DNA of 62,984 nt, counting the filler, from Octopus bimaculoides (lineage: Eukaryota): NCBI RefSeq assembly GCF_001194135.2. It is 4 parts of 4 records of this genome, joined end to end, with 100 filler letters (N's around TTAATTAATTAA, not from the genome) between each part and the next. Parts side by side here need not be neighbours in the genome. Positions count along the whole stretch, not along the records: positions 31,758 to 61,552 come from NC_068998.1; positions 61,653 to 62,984 come from NC_068988.1; 2 more parts are not named here. One strand, written 5' to 3'. The number at the start of each line of letters is the position of its first letter. Within the stretch, counting starts at the first letter, position 1. The notes beneath the pieces are model-generated. The model worked only from the letters and a program-made list of their open reading frames with translations, was not told where the DNA came from and did not search any database. A program made the position numbers and the translations under genes. Below are positions 51,229 through 62,984 of the stretch, piece by piece.

Positions 51229-51916
51229 CATTCAGAATTTGAGGAAACAGTATCGGCGTAAGGGATTGTTAAAAACAATCCGGATGCCGACTAGGTTGAA
51301 CCAAATATATTGATAGAAGGTTCTTCAATGTATATCTATAAATAGTCTCATAAAATTAAAAAGTCAATAAAAGAAAATGGTGAAAAAAAATTAAAAAGGT
51401 GCTTGGTTTATTTTATTTGTATTATAATTGGAAAAATAATGCAAATTAGAAGATTAAAGGATATACCTATATGAAAGGAACCAGAACAAGTATAAAAGAG
51501 ACTGCATCAACAAAATAACCCCCTAATATTCAAACAGATATTCTACATATGTTTCAATATAACAGTATTTTAGAATCATCAAAAATTGTAACTTTTAAAG
51601 ATGTAATATGCGGTATGTTGTTAGATCTCTTCAGGAAAAATAAGTATATTCCAGTCTTGAGTTACGAAATGACTTATTTGAGGACTATGTTTAGGCATTT
51701 TCAGATGTAAACTACCTTGAAAGATGCATGTGATTAAAAATTTATCGTTTAAAATTTAGCTAGTATTGTACGTTAAAAGGCTACTAAAACATCAAATATA
51801 TTTGGAAAATATATATGTTATATTTATATTTATAAAGGTTTATTTGAGGGAGGTGGTAGAAAGAAGGATGTAGCTTATCGTGAGGGGTGTAATATATGCC
51901 AGAAAGAAAGTGTCTG

Positions 51917-52046
<130 letters not shown>

Positions 52047-53431
52047 TATATATATATTCATATATATATAAATATGAATACATATATGCATACTCATACG
52101 AACAAGTATATACACACATATAGCGAGAGACCGAAGAAGAGAGTTAGATAGTCGTATATACATTAAAATAGATCAAATGTCCAATAAAACAATTGTTTGG
52201 CAATGTGTGATTGTGTCTTTGTTCTTGTATGCAAGCATGAATGCGTGAGCTAACACGTTGGCTTCGAAGTATCTCCATCGAAGTAACTGTAGTCCGAGTC
52301 AATTTTTTCAAATTTCCTCTAACAATGCCAGTATTTATTAATAATTCTCTCTCCTGTTGTTTGCAATTATTGTCATTCAAGTCACACTAGTTCATAAGTT
52401 CAAATACAACGTTTAATGTAAGACTTATTGACTAAAATACGAGTTTGTTTCCATCGAATTAAGTTTAACCGCCTACTTTCATGCGGTTTTCTTTCTTCCT
52501 ATTAGCTACGACTATAACGAGCATCATAGCGTTTCCTATGTTATCGTAAAGAATTTGTCATTAATGTTAGGAAATAGAAGTTATTCAGAAAGTAGTTCTA
52601 ACGGTTGCGTATATTTACACATTTTCAACGAACAGAATTGCTTAAGGAGGACATTTGAAGACGGAAATTTGATGTTGTTAAAAGAAATACCAGCGCAGTT
52701 ACTGAAAACGACATAGTAAATATTGATATAAGCCAATGAACAAAAGAGTGATTTATATTGTCAAGAGACCACAAATTTGGTAGTCGATTAAATGTATCAT
52801 AGTATTTAACGGTTATTTTATCGACCCGGTCACCAGGAAGAAAGTTTACGGATTCGGAGTGGAAGGAATATGATTTCAGAACGTAAGCAAATAGTGCAAA
52901 GAATATTGTCCGATGCTCCAGCTAACCAGACAATACATGGATAATGACCAAATTTGGGGGACGTCTTATAAAATTTGCACATATGCATTTACACACAACA
53001 CATACGCACAAATTGATCGAGGTTTATTCCATATTCAAGGATAGAAATATTTCAAGTATATAAATATAGATAATGTACAGCATAACAAGTATATATGTCC
53101 TTATATGAATTTAAGAAATAAATATATTACTGAACCGATAAGGATAACATCCCCATTGTCGTTTGCCATGCTAAAATATTCGTCAGTTATTCATCAAATC
53201 AAACATGAGCTTCTTGAAAAAGAAGCCGAACGCAACGGATAACGTGATCCTAGTTATATATCAGCAAAGAAGAAAAATGTAGATGATCAATACTGGAACA
53301 GCCTTGTTCAGTTTGGCCTGATCTAGGACTACTAAGCAAAGGAAAATATTTTAAAGTCTTTATGATACGTGGAGAAACAGCAATTACAGCTGTTGTGTGA
53401 TAATTTTAATTATAGTAATATTCTTTCCTAC

Positions 53432-53600
53432 TCTAGGTACAAGGCCCGAAATTTTGGAGAACGGGGCCAGTCAATTAGATCGACCTCAGTACGAAACTGG
53501 TTCTTAATTTATCGACCCCGAAAGGACGAAAGGCAAAGTCGATCTTGGTGGAATTTGAACACAGAAACGTGCTAACGTTTCTGTCAGCTTGTCGCCTTTT
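53432..53600 (-). mobile_element. SINE family A
   Basis: GGTACAAGGCCCGAAATTTT...TTATCGACCCCGAAAGGACGAAAGGCAAAGTCGATC. Confidence 0.85.
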
Positions 53601-54874
53601 TATTATAGTAATACTGATTCATTGAAATACCTTGTAGAGGGCGTCTCTATTGTAGATGTTTATGTTCGGGTAAATAAATGAATTATTGGAGGAGATTCAA
53701 GCCATGGCTATCCTATCTTTTTCTTATATCAAGCACTACCTTATATATTACATTCTTCCTTCTTGAAGACAATAGAGTGTGATTTGAGGAAGATTTAGTT
53801 GTAATTTCTAGCTCGTTGTGCAAGTGCTGAGATTAAAGCTCGAAAACCACTCGCTGACATAGGAAATATCAAATATCGCCTGCTTTCAAATTTCAAACCA
53901 GCTACTGAATAAGTTTCTAAAATCCCATAAGATTTACGAAGAAGATGCTTAATTAGATATGAACAACATGAGTATAAATTTGTAAAACTAAAGACTCATT
54001 AATTTTCACAGCATAGAAGGACTCCTACAGATTCTTTATATTCTTCTCATTGAAAGTTGGAGCATACAAGGCATTCCCACTCCAGGTTTACCATCCTGAT
54101 TGCCCCCCTCTGGCTCTGTGCAGATTTGAGATTATAGGCTACATATTTTAATCGTGTTCAGTAATTGAATTGTTGTCGCTATATCACATTTTAGAAAATG
54201 TGACAGCAATTCTATTCCTAACTAAAATAATATGGAGTCGATTCAATAAGTCACTAAAAATAGTAATGTAAAAATTAAGTTCCTAAAATAGCTAGATGAA
54301 AGCTCACGTGGCTGCAAAACTAATTAATTTTGATTATAGCTGATGACTAACATTAAAATGCAAAATGTGGCTTCATTCACTCTCATGTAACAGAATCTAT
54401 TAATGCAATTAAATATAGGAAATAAAAAAAAACTAATGATGATATGATGTATATAAATCATCGTCGTCATCATCATCATCATTATCATCATCACCGCATA
54501 ATTAGTAAAAGAACACTCAATATGTTTCGTTAATTATATTTTCAATGGTTCTTTCCGTGAATATGTTTTGTTCTGAGAGTCAAGTTATGAGTTTGTTGTT
54601 AGCAATTTAACATCTGTAACTAGTAACCAATTGCCTATGTTTTTACGTAAGTCTTTATGATCGAATCAATCGAGGTCAGCGCCGGCCGAAACGGAATGAT
54701 CAGCTGTGTCAGTTTCGCATTCTAATAGAACCTCCGACTGTTCTAGTGATCGTTTTTGTTGTTACAAATTGATGATGCATTGACGAATTGACGAAGTGTC
54801 ATCGACCTCTTCCTCCATATATATATATAAATAATAATTGAGTTAGCTTACCAATTATTTTTGTTGGCGATATT

Positions 54875-54915
<41 letters not shown>

Positions 54916-55989
54916 NNNNNNNNNNNNNNNNNNNNNNNNNNNNNNNNNNNNNNNNNNNNNNNNNNNNNNNNNNNNNNNNNNNNNNNNNNNNNNNNNNNNN
55001 NNNNNNNNNNNNNNNNNNNNNNNNNNNNNNNNNNNNNNNNNNNNNNNNNNNNNNNNNNNNNNNNNNNNNNNNNNNNNNNNNNNNNNNNNNNNNNNNNNNN
55101 NNNNNNNNNNNNNNNNNNNNNNNNNNNNNNNNNNNNNNNNNNNNNNNNNNNNNNNNNNNNNNNNNNNNNNNNNNNNNNNNNNNNNNNNNNNNNNNNNNNN
55201 NNNNNNNNNNNNNNNNNNNNNNNNNNNNNNNNNNNNNNNNNNNNNNNNNNNNNNNNNNNNNNNNNNNNNNNNNNNNNNNNNNNNNNNNNNNNNNNNNNNN
55301 NNNNNNNNNNNNNNNNNNNNNNNNNNNNNNNNNNNNNNNNNNNNNNNNNNNNNNNNNNNNNNNNNNNNNNNNNNNNNNNNNNNNNNNNNNNNNNNNNNNN
55401 NNNNNNNNNNNNNNNNNNNNNNNNNNNNNNNNNNNNNNNNNNNNNNNNNNNNNNNNNNNNNNNNNNNNNNNNNNNNNNNNNNNNNNNNNNNNNNNNNNNN
55501 NNNNNNNNNNNNNNNNNNNNNNNNNNNNNNNNNNNNNNNNNNNNNNNNNNNNNNNNNNNNNNNNNNNNNNNNNNNNNNNNNNNNNNNNNNNNNNNNNNNN
55601 NNNNNNNNNNNNNNNNNNNNNNNATATATATATATAATTATTCTTGTGCATGTGAGTCTGTGTGAGTGTACATGGATCTGTACAAAGATGAGGTTAACCA
55701 TCTGATCCTTCCTTTCATCTCCTTTATATCAGTTTTCGCATAACACCATCCAACTATCGCACGTACTATTATACCTGCTCTGCTATACCATTGAATTTAC
55801 AAATTATTTCCATGCACTAATTCGTAATACAACATACATCTAACTTTGCCTTCTATACTCTACATTGCTGAGATGAGTCAATTGAATAGGAGAAGAGTGC
55901 AATTACTTTGCGTGATAATGAGAATCAGCTTTAGAAAACACACGTATTTTCTAAAACTTAAAGAAATATTGATAGCGTTTACCACGCTC

Positions 55990-56230
55990 GGTACATGGCC
56001 AGCAATTTCGAAGAGGGGATGAGTCGAATTCATCGACCTCGGAAAAGTTGAACTCGGCGGAATTTGAACTCAGAACGTGAAGATGAACAAAATGCCGTTA
56101 AGTAATCTGAATTCAAAATCCTGCCGAGGTCGACCTTCTCTGCCATCTTTCAGATTCAATAAATTAATTACCAGTTGAGCACTGGGACCGCAGATTTCAG
56201 GCCTTGTACCGCTAGTAGACAGGATTATTA
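55990..56230. mobile_element. Two partial family A SINEs in opposite orientation
   Basis: Minus copy 55990-56100; plus copy 56105-56230 ending GTAGACAGGATTATTA. Confidence 0.75.
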
Positions 56231-56559
56231 CTATAATGTTAGTATTCTTTTTAAAGAAGAAAATGTTGTCTTTTTTTTCAATGTTTCGCAAAAAATGTTT
56301 CCTCTCATGTTTTCCACTTTTTATCTGTTTCTTCCCACTTCGACTGCCTTCTCTAATTCGTTGTATTTTTCTTCGTCATTTCTTGGTTAATTTTTCCAGA
56401 CAGTGTACGTGTAATATAATCACTTTCTTATTTGAATATATTTCATTTACACCATTTTTTTAGCATCACTATTTTATTTTAAATGCTAGGTTCATATTCC
56501 TTTTTACATTACACTCGCACCTGACATATTGTCCTTCTCTCTCCACCTTTCTCTCACAG

Positions 56560-56771
56560 GAAATGCAATTACATCTAAAAATTATCCTCCCATAGCACCC
56601 CACATCACGCGATTAATCTTACTTTTTCGGAAAAAATTGCAGAAAGCTATAGAAATGCTTGGAAAGAGAGCAGCAGATCGCAGAGAGGCCTTCGTAAATA
56701 AAGTGGGGGAGCTAGAGATTCAGAACCCAAGTTATTCACACTATGTAGATTTATTTGACAGATTCATTTGA
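56560..56771 (+). CDS. Probable terminal coding exon of an unidentified gene
   Basis: Long polypyrimidine tract tccttctctctccacctttctctcacag; phase-1 open reading xNAITSKNYPPIAPHITRLILLFRKKLQKAIEMLGKRAADRREAFVNKVGELEIQNPSYSHYVDLFDRFI*; normal composition, non-repetitive. Confidence 0.45.
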
Positions 56772-56779
56772 CACCTGAA

Positions 56780-56855
<76 letters not shown>

Positions 56856-59521
56856 CCCCCACACACACGCGCACACAGACACGCAATACACACATACACA
56901 CACACATACACACACACATACACACACACACAAACGCACATACAGACACATCGCTTTCGAAAATGAGTTTTCTGATATTTATTCAAGTGAAATACCTATT
57001 TGATAGTATTACCGTATACTTGGCTGAGTATTCTACAAACACCGGCATTCTTAACGCAATCTTCATGGATTTAAAAGCTTATTGCAGGGTGAAAATCATG
57101 GATCTGTGAATTATAGGTATAGTCTATTCATCGGGCTATAATACTGTTTCCGTTTATGCAATTTCACTTGAAAGGACTCAATGCGTAAATAAAAGATGAA
57201 TAGGTTATTATATGTGTGAGAAAATGTGTATATGTATTACCAATTTCTGCTTATTTCTTTCTTATGTAACTACCGTCTAATATTTGCTGTCACTTCAGTG
57301 TTGAATCCATGTTTTTTCCTATCAATTCCTGATTGTCATTGAAGCATTTTCTACGTTTAGTCTTTCTGTTCTCATCATCACTCGCCCATCCATTTAGAAT
57401 GGTCAAAGCAGTTTACTCTCCCCCTGCTCCAGCTCGCAATCTGTAACATTTTCCCTTATATCTAACTTGTCCTTAGTCCTATACTTTCTTTCTCTATTAT
57501 TTTCGTCTTTGCCTTTTCTTTGCCGCTGTTTCTACTTCTCTAATACTATCATCATTTCTTTCAGCCCCCCCCCCCACCTGATATCAAAATATTTCTTCTC
57601 TCACTGTCATCTTATTAAAAGACTAAAGAAAACATTCTCAGATATTAATTAGATCTATCGACTGTCTGATATGCTGCGTTATCCTCGATTTTATGCCAAT
57701 AATTGGAGTACACTGAAATTCGTTTCTAATATATATGAAACGACAAGCAATGGAACCGCTGTAGAACTGCAATGAAATCGCAATTGACCTAACAGAGGGC
57801 TCAAGAGTTTTACAGGAAGAGAGCATAATGTACACCCCAATGAACATGAATGTTTCTTCAAATTCTTCTAGAAGCGTGATGGGTATGTCCATTTCAAGAT
57901 TTTTCAATAATTAGTATTTGCTTCAACTACAGAGTCATGCATTAGACTTGAATTACCAGAGAATTATCTCTAATGGAATGCATCGAGAGAGCTTTGTATG
58001 TCTTGGGTCTTGTGAAGAGATGTGTGGGACAATAGATCCCGATTAGGACGAGTAGCAGTGGCGTTGACAGGTGTCTTCCGACAGATCCTACCAAAGACCC
58101 CAGACGAAAAGATAACGATGAAATTCACATTTGTCTGAAATTGATTTCACTATGGATCAAAGTAAAAATCTTCTAGTGTCTTGTTAAGATTATCTCTACA
58201 GATTTTCTGTTGAAATTATAGCCAGCACTGATTTGTTACGACGTTTCGTATCCGAGTACGACTAAAGTAAGCAATAATGATATTGAAAATTTTAAAAAAA
58301 TGAGTAATGAGTAGCACACTAGAACAAAATATTGACTTATAAGGCGTTTAACATACCTTGTAGTTATGTACTATGGTTGCATAACAAAATACGGTGTCCC
58401 TACAAGTCATTAATCTTAAATTGCCTATATACATGAATGTAATTTTGCCAATAATTTGTTATTGACAAAAATTGAAGAGGAAAACTTTCCTTCCGATAGT
58501 TTCGGGGGTCATTCACCCAACTCTCATGAAGTTAGTGTTATCTCATTGGGACGAATATATTTTTCATTGAATAATATTTTTTCTCATTGGCGCAAGATGA
58601 TGTCCTTTCGACTAAAATAATAGCAACAGTTTCATGTCAACAGCTCGAAATCTAATAAAAATAGAACTAAAAACTAAATTGTCACAAATAGATTGAATTA
58701 GATTAATACAACAAAATATAAAAACTCATTCTCACTGACATTTGATGGAAGGGGTTGAGCAGAGTCAGTTAATATATTCTATTCAAATCTCGATAGAGTT
58801 GGATTTACTTTTAACTCTGTCGCGGATATTAGAAATTGTGTATTAGAAATAGACTAGACTCAGTTGAATGAACTATAAACACCCATAACAACATTTGTAT
58901 CTTCTAATCAAAATACAGATCATGTTCTCCGAATAGAATAAAGTACCGACCCCTATACTATATGAAGTATAGGGTCGGTCGAATTATACGGGTATGAATT
59001 GAAGGCATATGAGTATGTGTATGTATTGATATTTTGATATGTATATGCATATATATATATATATATATATATGTATATGTGTGTGTGTTCGTATGTATAT
59101 GTGAGTGTGAGTTTTGACGTGGGTGTGTATATAAATATGCATATATGATCTTATTGGAGGAAATGTAGATCTGTTTGTGTATATATATGCGCATACACAT
59201 AAGTATAAGTGTTTATATACATTCATCTCAATATTTTCATAGAAACACAGTATTAACCCCATTTATAATGCCTTTTTACTACATAACATTCCTTTCTAAA
59301 AAAAATTTTTTATTGTATTTATATCATCACATCTACTCCAAAATCTACACTCTGAATTTTCCTTCCCTCTCTCTCTTTTTTTTCTTTTTTTTTTCTCTTC
59401 CTTCCTTTCTTGTCCTAAGTACTATCTGGTAGCGTCCACATCTCTAACGGTTTTTTCAAATGAATTACGTTATAACCTTATCCAACTATAGTTCTCATAC
59501 TCGGTCATAATGTCTTACGTT

Positions 59522-59824
59522 TAAGATGATCCCCATACATTTCCCTGAGGAAAAGTTTACATTTTTAACATCGACGATTCCTATGGATCGCATAAATTGT
59601 AATTCTTCGAAACATATGTCGGAATAAAGTATGCAGTTATAACATGCGTTCACTCCATTCCTTAAATTTATATATACTCAAATACCCAAAATATCAAGGA
59701 GTTTCTGCCTCAAAAACAGGAATTACACCACAGTTATTTTGTGATCTTTGCTACCCTGGTTTCTGTTAACCCATTTATTCTATCCGAATTATTATTAATT
59801 AGGATAAAATAAATACACATAATT
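59522..59824 (+). mobile_element. Hammerhead-containing dispersed repeat, copy 2
   Basis: Colinear homolog of 18655-18960, followed by (TA)n. Confidence 0.8.
59541..59624 (+). ncRNA. Type I hammerhead ribozyme motif (stem II partly degraded)
   Basis: UUCC 59541-44 / GGAA 59621-24; CUGAGGA 59545-51; GAAA 59609-12; ACAUAUGU; GUC cleavage triplet ending 59620; the first stem II pair is an A-C mismatch. Confidence 0.7.
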
Positions 59825-59860
<36 letters not shown>

Positions 59861-60529
59861 CATATATACATGTTTAGTGCACTCAGACTCAAACGAATTT
59901 CAAATTTTACACTTGGCGCTCCACTGGTAACTAATGAGAACAGCCCCTGATAAACATATACGTTTGTAGATGTTGCAGCTCATACTTCTCCCATCCACTA
60001 CACTGGTAGTGCGTTTTCGAGCAGTTCTTCCCTGCAACTCAAATGATGTCGTTGTTTTTGGATAATTGTAAATTGAGGCATCATTTTCTCTCACCTTTGA
60101 CGGGAATAATGACTGTACCTGACCGGATTCAAATCTGAATAAATCGTTATTGAAGTACTATGAGCAAACTCTTTGTATTTAGTGGTTTCCCGTAGCCATT
60201 AATTATATTTCTGTCTGATGACAAGTCAAATAGTATTCTGTCTCAGATGAGAATGAAATTAGGTGTAAAACAAATCAATGGAATTATTGTTTCTATCCAC
60301 AGTCACATAGAAAAAACGCCAAATGTTTACAATTTTTAGAATGCTTCATCGGCTCCCATTTGTTGTATAAAATAGCTTCACTCAAACTATAATGTTACAG
60401 AAGAGAGAGAATAGCAGCTGTTAGTACATAGTCAACGCCTAATTTTTGGCCAGTATGATTTACGTACAAGTTAACGTGAAGATATTTATGTAGCTTAAAT
60501 GGACCAATTTAAATAAGTATATTAAAATA

Positions 60530-60737
60530 TAAGGGGATACTGAAAAGTTCCTGGCTTTAAGAATCTCGTGAAAGACTTGGTTAGGGGCCCACCTTCCGAG
60601 TTCTTTTACAAGACTTAGAAAAACTGAAGGACCGCTACAATAAGCGTGTGAATCTGAAAGGGATGAGTTGAATGAAATCATAATAAACTGATCCTCATGT
60701 ATTTTCCTTTACCCACAGCCAGGAACTTTTCAGCACC
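60530..60737 (+). mobile_element. Non-autonomous mariner derivative
   Basis: TIRs (G)ATACTGAAAAGTTCCTGGCT / AGCCAGGAACTTTTCAGCACC; internal LEKLKDRYNKRVNLKG resembles the mariner transposase C-terminus. Confidence 0.8.
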
Positions 60738-61520
60738 AATTTTTATATAGTTCAATACAGTATTTTTGCTGTTGATTAGTCATAGTTCTACTCCTATTTA
60801 GTAGATCAATGATCAAGCTGTTCCACTCATATATATCTCATCAAGTAGTTGGGATTTTAAGTAGTTGGGATTTGTCTGTAAAAATTTGGCTGTTATTTCT
60901 AGGAAGCCGAACGCCCACAAGAAGGTTCCCTCCTTTGTTCATTGAATTTTTGATTCTTTGGGTCATAATGATCAAGCACATCTAAAATTAAAGGCGTCGC
61001 AGCCATGCCCAACCCTTCGTGTATTCCAAAGGATAAAAACAGCATAATCCAATGTCATAAATTTTCCTTTGAAGGCAGTGAGCCATAATTTCAAGAAGAC
61101 TTGTCATCTATCTCTCTCAGATCGAGCGACAATTTAGAAGACACTTGACAAGTGGGTTTGATGTTGGTGTTGCTGAGATTTCGACCATCCAAAAAGATCA
61201 CATGAATTCTCAGAACAAGAATACTTACAGCTAAGACAAATATTAATTTCTTTTAAACAAAAGTATTCCGAGACATCTTTCCTTTTTTTCTAATGATAAA
61301 TATGATACAAATCAAAACTTCCGAAATCTGTGACGTTCGCATTCAATATTTTGGTAATAAAATATAAGTCAAACGCATATGAACTTTTGAAAGTTTCTGG
61401 TGCTGCGAAATTTATCAAAGTACATTACTTCAGTGAAAAAACTGTTCAGTGATGCCTTATGTTTTTTTCCAATGCATATTGTGTGTATCTATGTATATGT
61501 ATTGCATGTATGTATGCATA

Positions 61521-61552
<32 letters not shown>

Positions 61553-61596
61553 NNNNNNNNNNNNNNNNNNNNNNNNNNNNNNNNNNNNNNNNNNNN

Positions 61597-61608
61597 TTAA
61601 TTAATTAA
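61597..61608. other. Artificial scaffold linker TTAATTAATTAA
   Basis: Centred in a 100-bp N block. Confidence 0.9.
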
Positions 61609-61652
61609 NNNNNNNNNNNNNNNNNNNNNNNNNNNNNNNNNNNNNNNNNNNN

Positions 61653-61744
<92 letters not shown>

Positions 61745-62030
61745 TCATACTTTTGCCACAAGGGCAGCTGGAGAGAGGTGAGGAGAGTCGATTACATCGA
61801 TCCCAGTGTTCAACGATTACTTAATTTATCGACCCCGAAAGGGTAAAAGGCAAAGTCGACCTTGGAGGAATTTGGACTACGTTCTGAGTTGAAATTCTGC
61901 CGAGGTCGACTTGGCCTTTCATTCTTTCGGGGTTGATAAATCAAATACCAGTGAAACACTAAGGTTGTTGTAATCGACTAGTCCCCTCCCCACAAATTCG
62001 AGGCCTTGTGCCTCCAGTAGAAAGGATTAT
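61745..62030. mobile_element. Two partial family A SINEs in opposite orientation
   Basis: Minus copy 61745-61875, plus copy 61880-62028; ATT tracts at both outer ends. Confidence 0.8.
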
Positions 62031-62163
62031 TATTATTATTATACTTCCGGTTGGAAGGCTAGAACGTCGGTGGAAGCATAAGACAGTAGTCTTTGTCCTT
62101 AGAAAAAAGAATTAAATAATATTTGGGCTTTGTGCACAAGGCCCAAATATTAGTATTTGCGGA

Positions 62164-62984
62164 ATGTTTACACGTTCGCAAGCGAAAAATGGTGTAGCGG
62201 ACCGTAACTTTCTAACGCAAAACAAACCAATTTGTGACAGCAGGAAAAATCACGGAAATGTAATTTTCGCTGACACACGTATCAATTTCGAGGACAAAAT
62301 TGATAACGAATCCAAAAGCACCACAGACCCTATGGGCAGCGTAAAAATTACCGCAATGAACAAAGAAGTTATACGACAGAGAAAAGCAACAAAATGGAGA
62401 ACACACAATTACTCGATAGTCGAATAGACAACAAAAATGTAACTGCTAACTTCTCAAACAGAAATAATATGGAAAATACCGTGATAACTAAAACCAACAT
62501 AGAAAATAACAATTCCAACATCACGGAGCAGAGAAGCATAACAGAAAACAATAACAGAACGAATAACGACAACAAAAACATCGATGAGAACACAACCAAT
62601 ATCAGCGTCCACACCAGCAACGGAGAGGAGGATGCATTTGGAAGTAACAACAGCAGTAACAACATGAACGATTCCACGACCTCCACCATCAACAGTGAGA
62701 GCGGAGCAAGTACTTTTGCAGTAGCAGCTGCGAAATACCAACAAGAGTACTATGAGATAGACATCTCAAAAAAAAAAAAGTGATGTTAGCCCAAGCCCAC
62801 AAACTCATAAAAGAGAAAAAAAAAACCTGGGCAAACTTTGCAATCCCAGTGGAAGTGGAGGCAGAAATTGAGAGGAGGACAGTAAAGTATAGGTGCATTT
62901 CGGTAGAGTCTCGGAGAGCACAACCTTCCCACCTTCAAGTGGAGATGGCACTGAGATCAATCAGAGATGATATCGAATTCATTC
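62164..62984 (+). mobile_element. Probable ORF1 of a LINE, frameshifted, continuing past the window end
   Basis: Starts MFTRSQAK, passes through an Asn-rich low-complexity segment, then after an A12 run reads VMLAQAHKLIKEKKKTWANFAIPVEVEAEIERRTVKYRCISVESRRAQPSHLQVEMALRSIRDDIEFI. Assignment is by architecture only. Confidence 0.45.

Noticed and set aside
51595-51635. Minus-strand CTGAAGAGATC with partial similarity to the 29.7-kb hammerhead
   Set aside because: GAAA is missing and stem II is weak; at best a decayed relic.

Overview
This is repeat-dense, AT-rich animal genomic DNA from a gapped draft scaffold. It has many N gaps, three of which carry an artificial TTAATTAATTAA linker. The SINE families and the CA/TA/AG/ATCT microsatellite load are most consistent with an octopus (inference, not a database result). 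No complete protein-coding gene, rRNA, tRNA gene or CRISPR array is supported, and most ORF-track entries are translated microsatellites or N runs. The window is a mosaic of three tRNA-derived SINE families (including about 13 copies in 25.3-28.5 kb) and decayed non-LTR retrotransposons: RTE, R4/Dong-like, CRE-like and a probable ORF1 at the right edge. It also holds a Penelope-like (Naiad-type) RT/GIY-YIG remnant, a Tigger/pogo transposase relic, and hAT, piggyBac-like and mariner MITEs. A few splice-site-flanked candidate exons lie on the + strand. The most notable signal is three hammerhead ribozyme motifs. Two are homologous type-I hammerheads in a ~300-bp dispersed repeat (18.67 kb and 59.54 kb), with an unusually long branched stem II. 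The third is an antisense core abutting the Penelope-like ORF (29.63-29.70 kb). SINE copies left of ~30 kb show systematic CpG decay while those to the right largely keep CpG, suggesting a methylation or assembly boundary.
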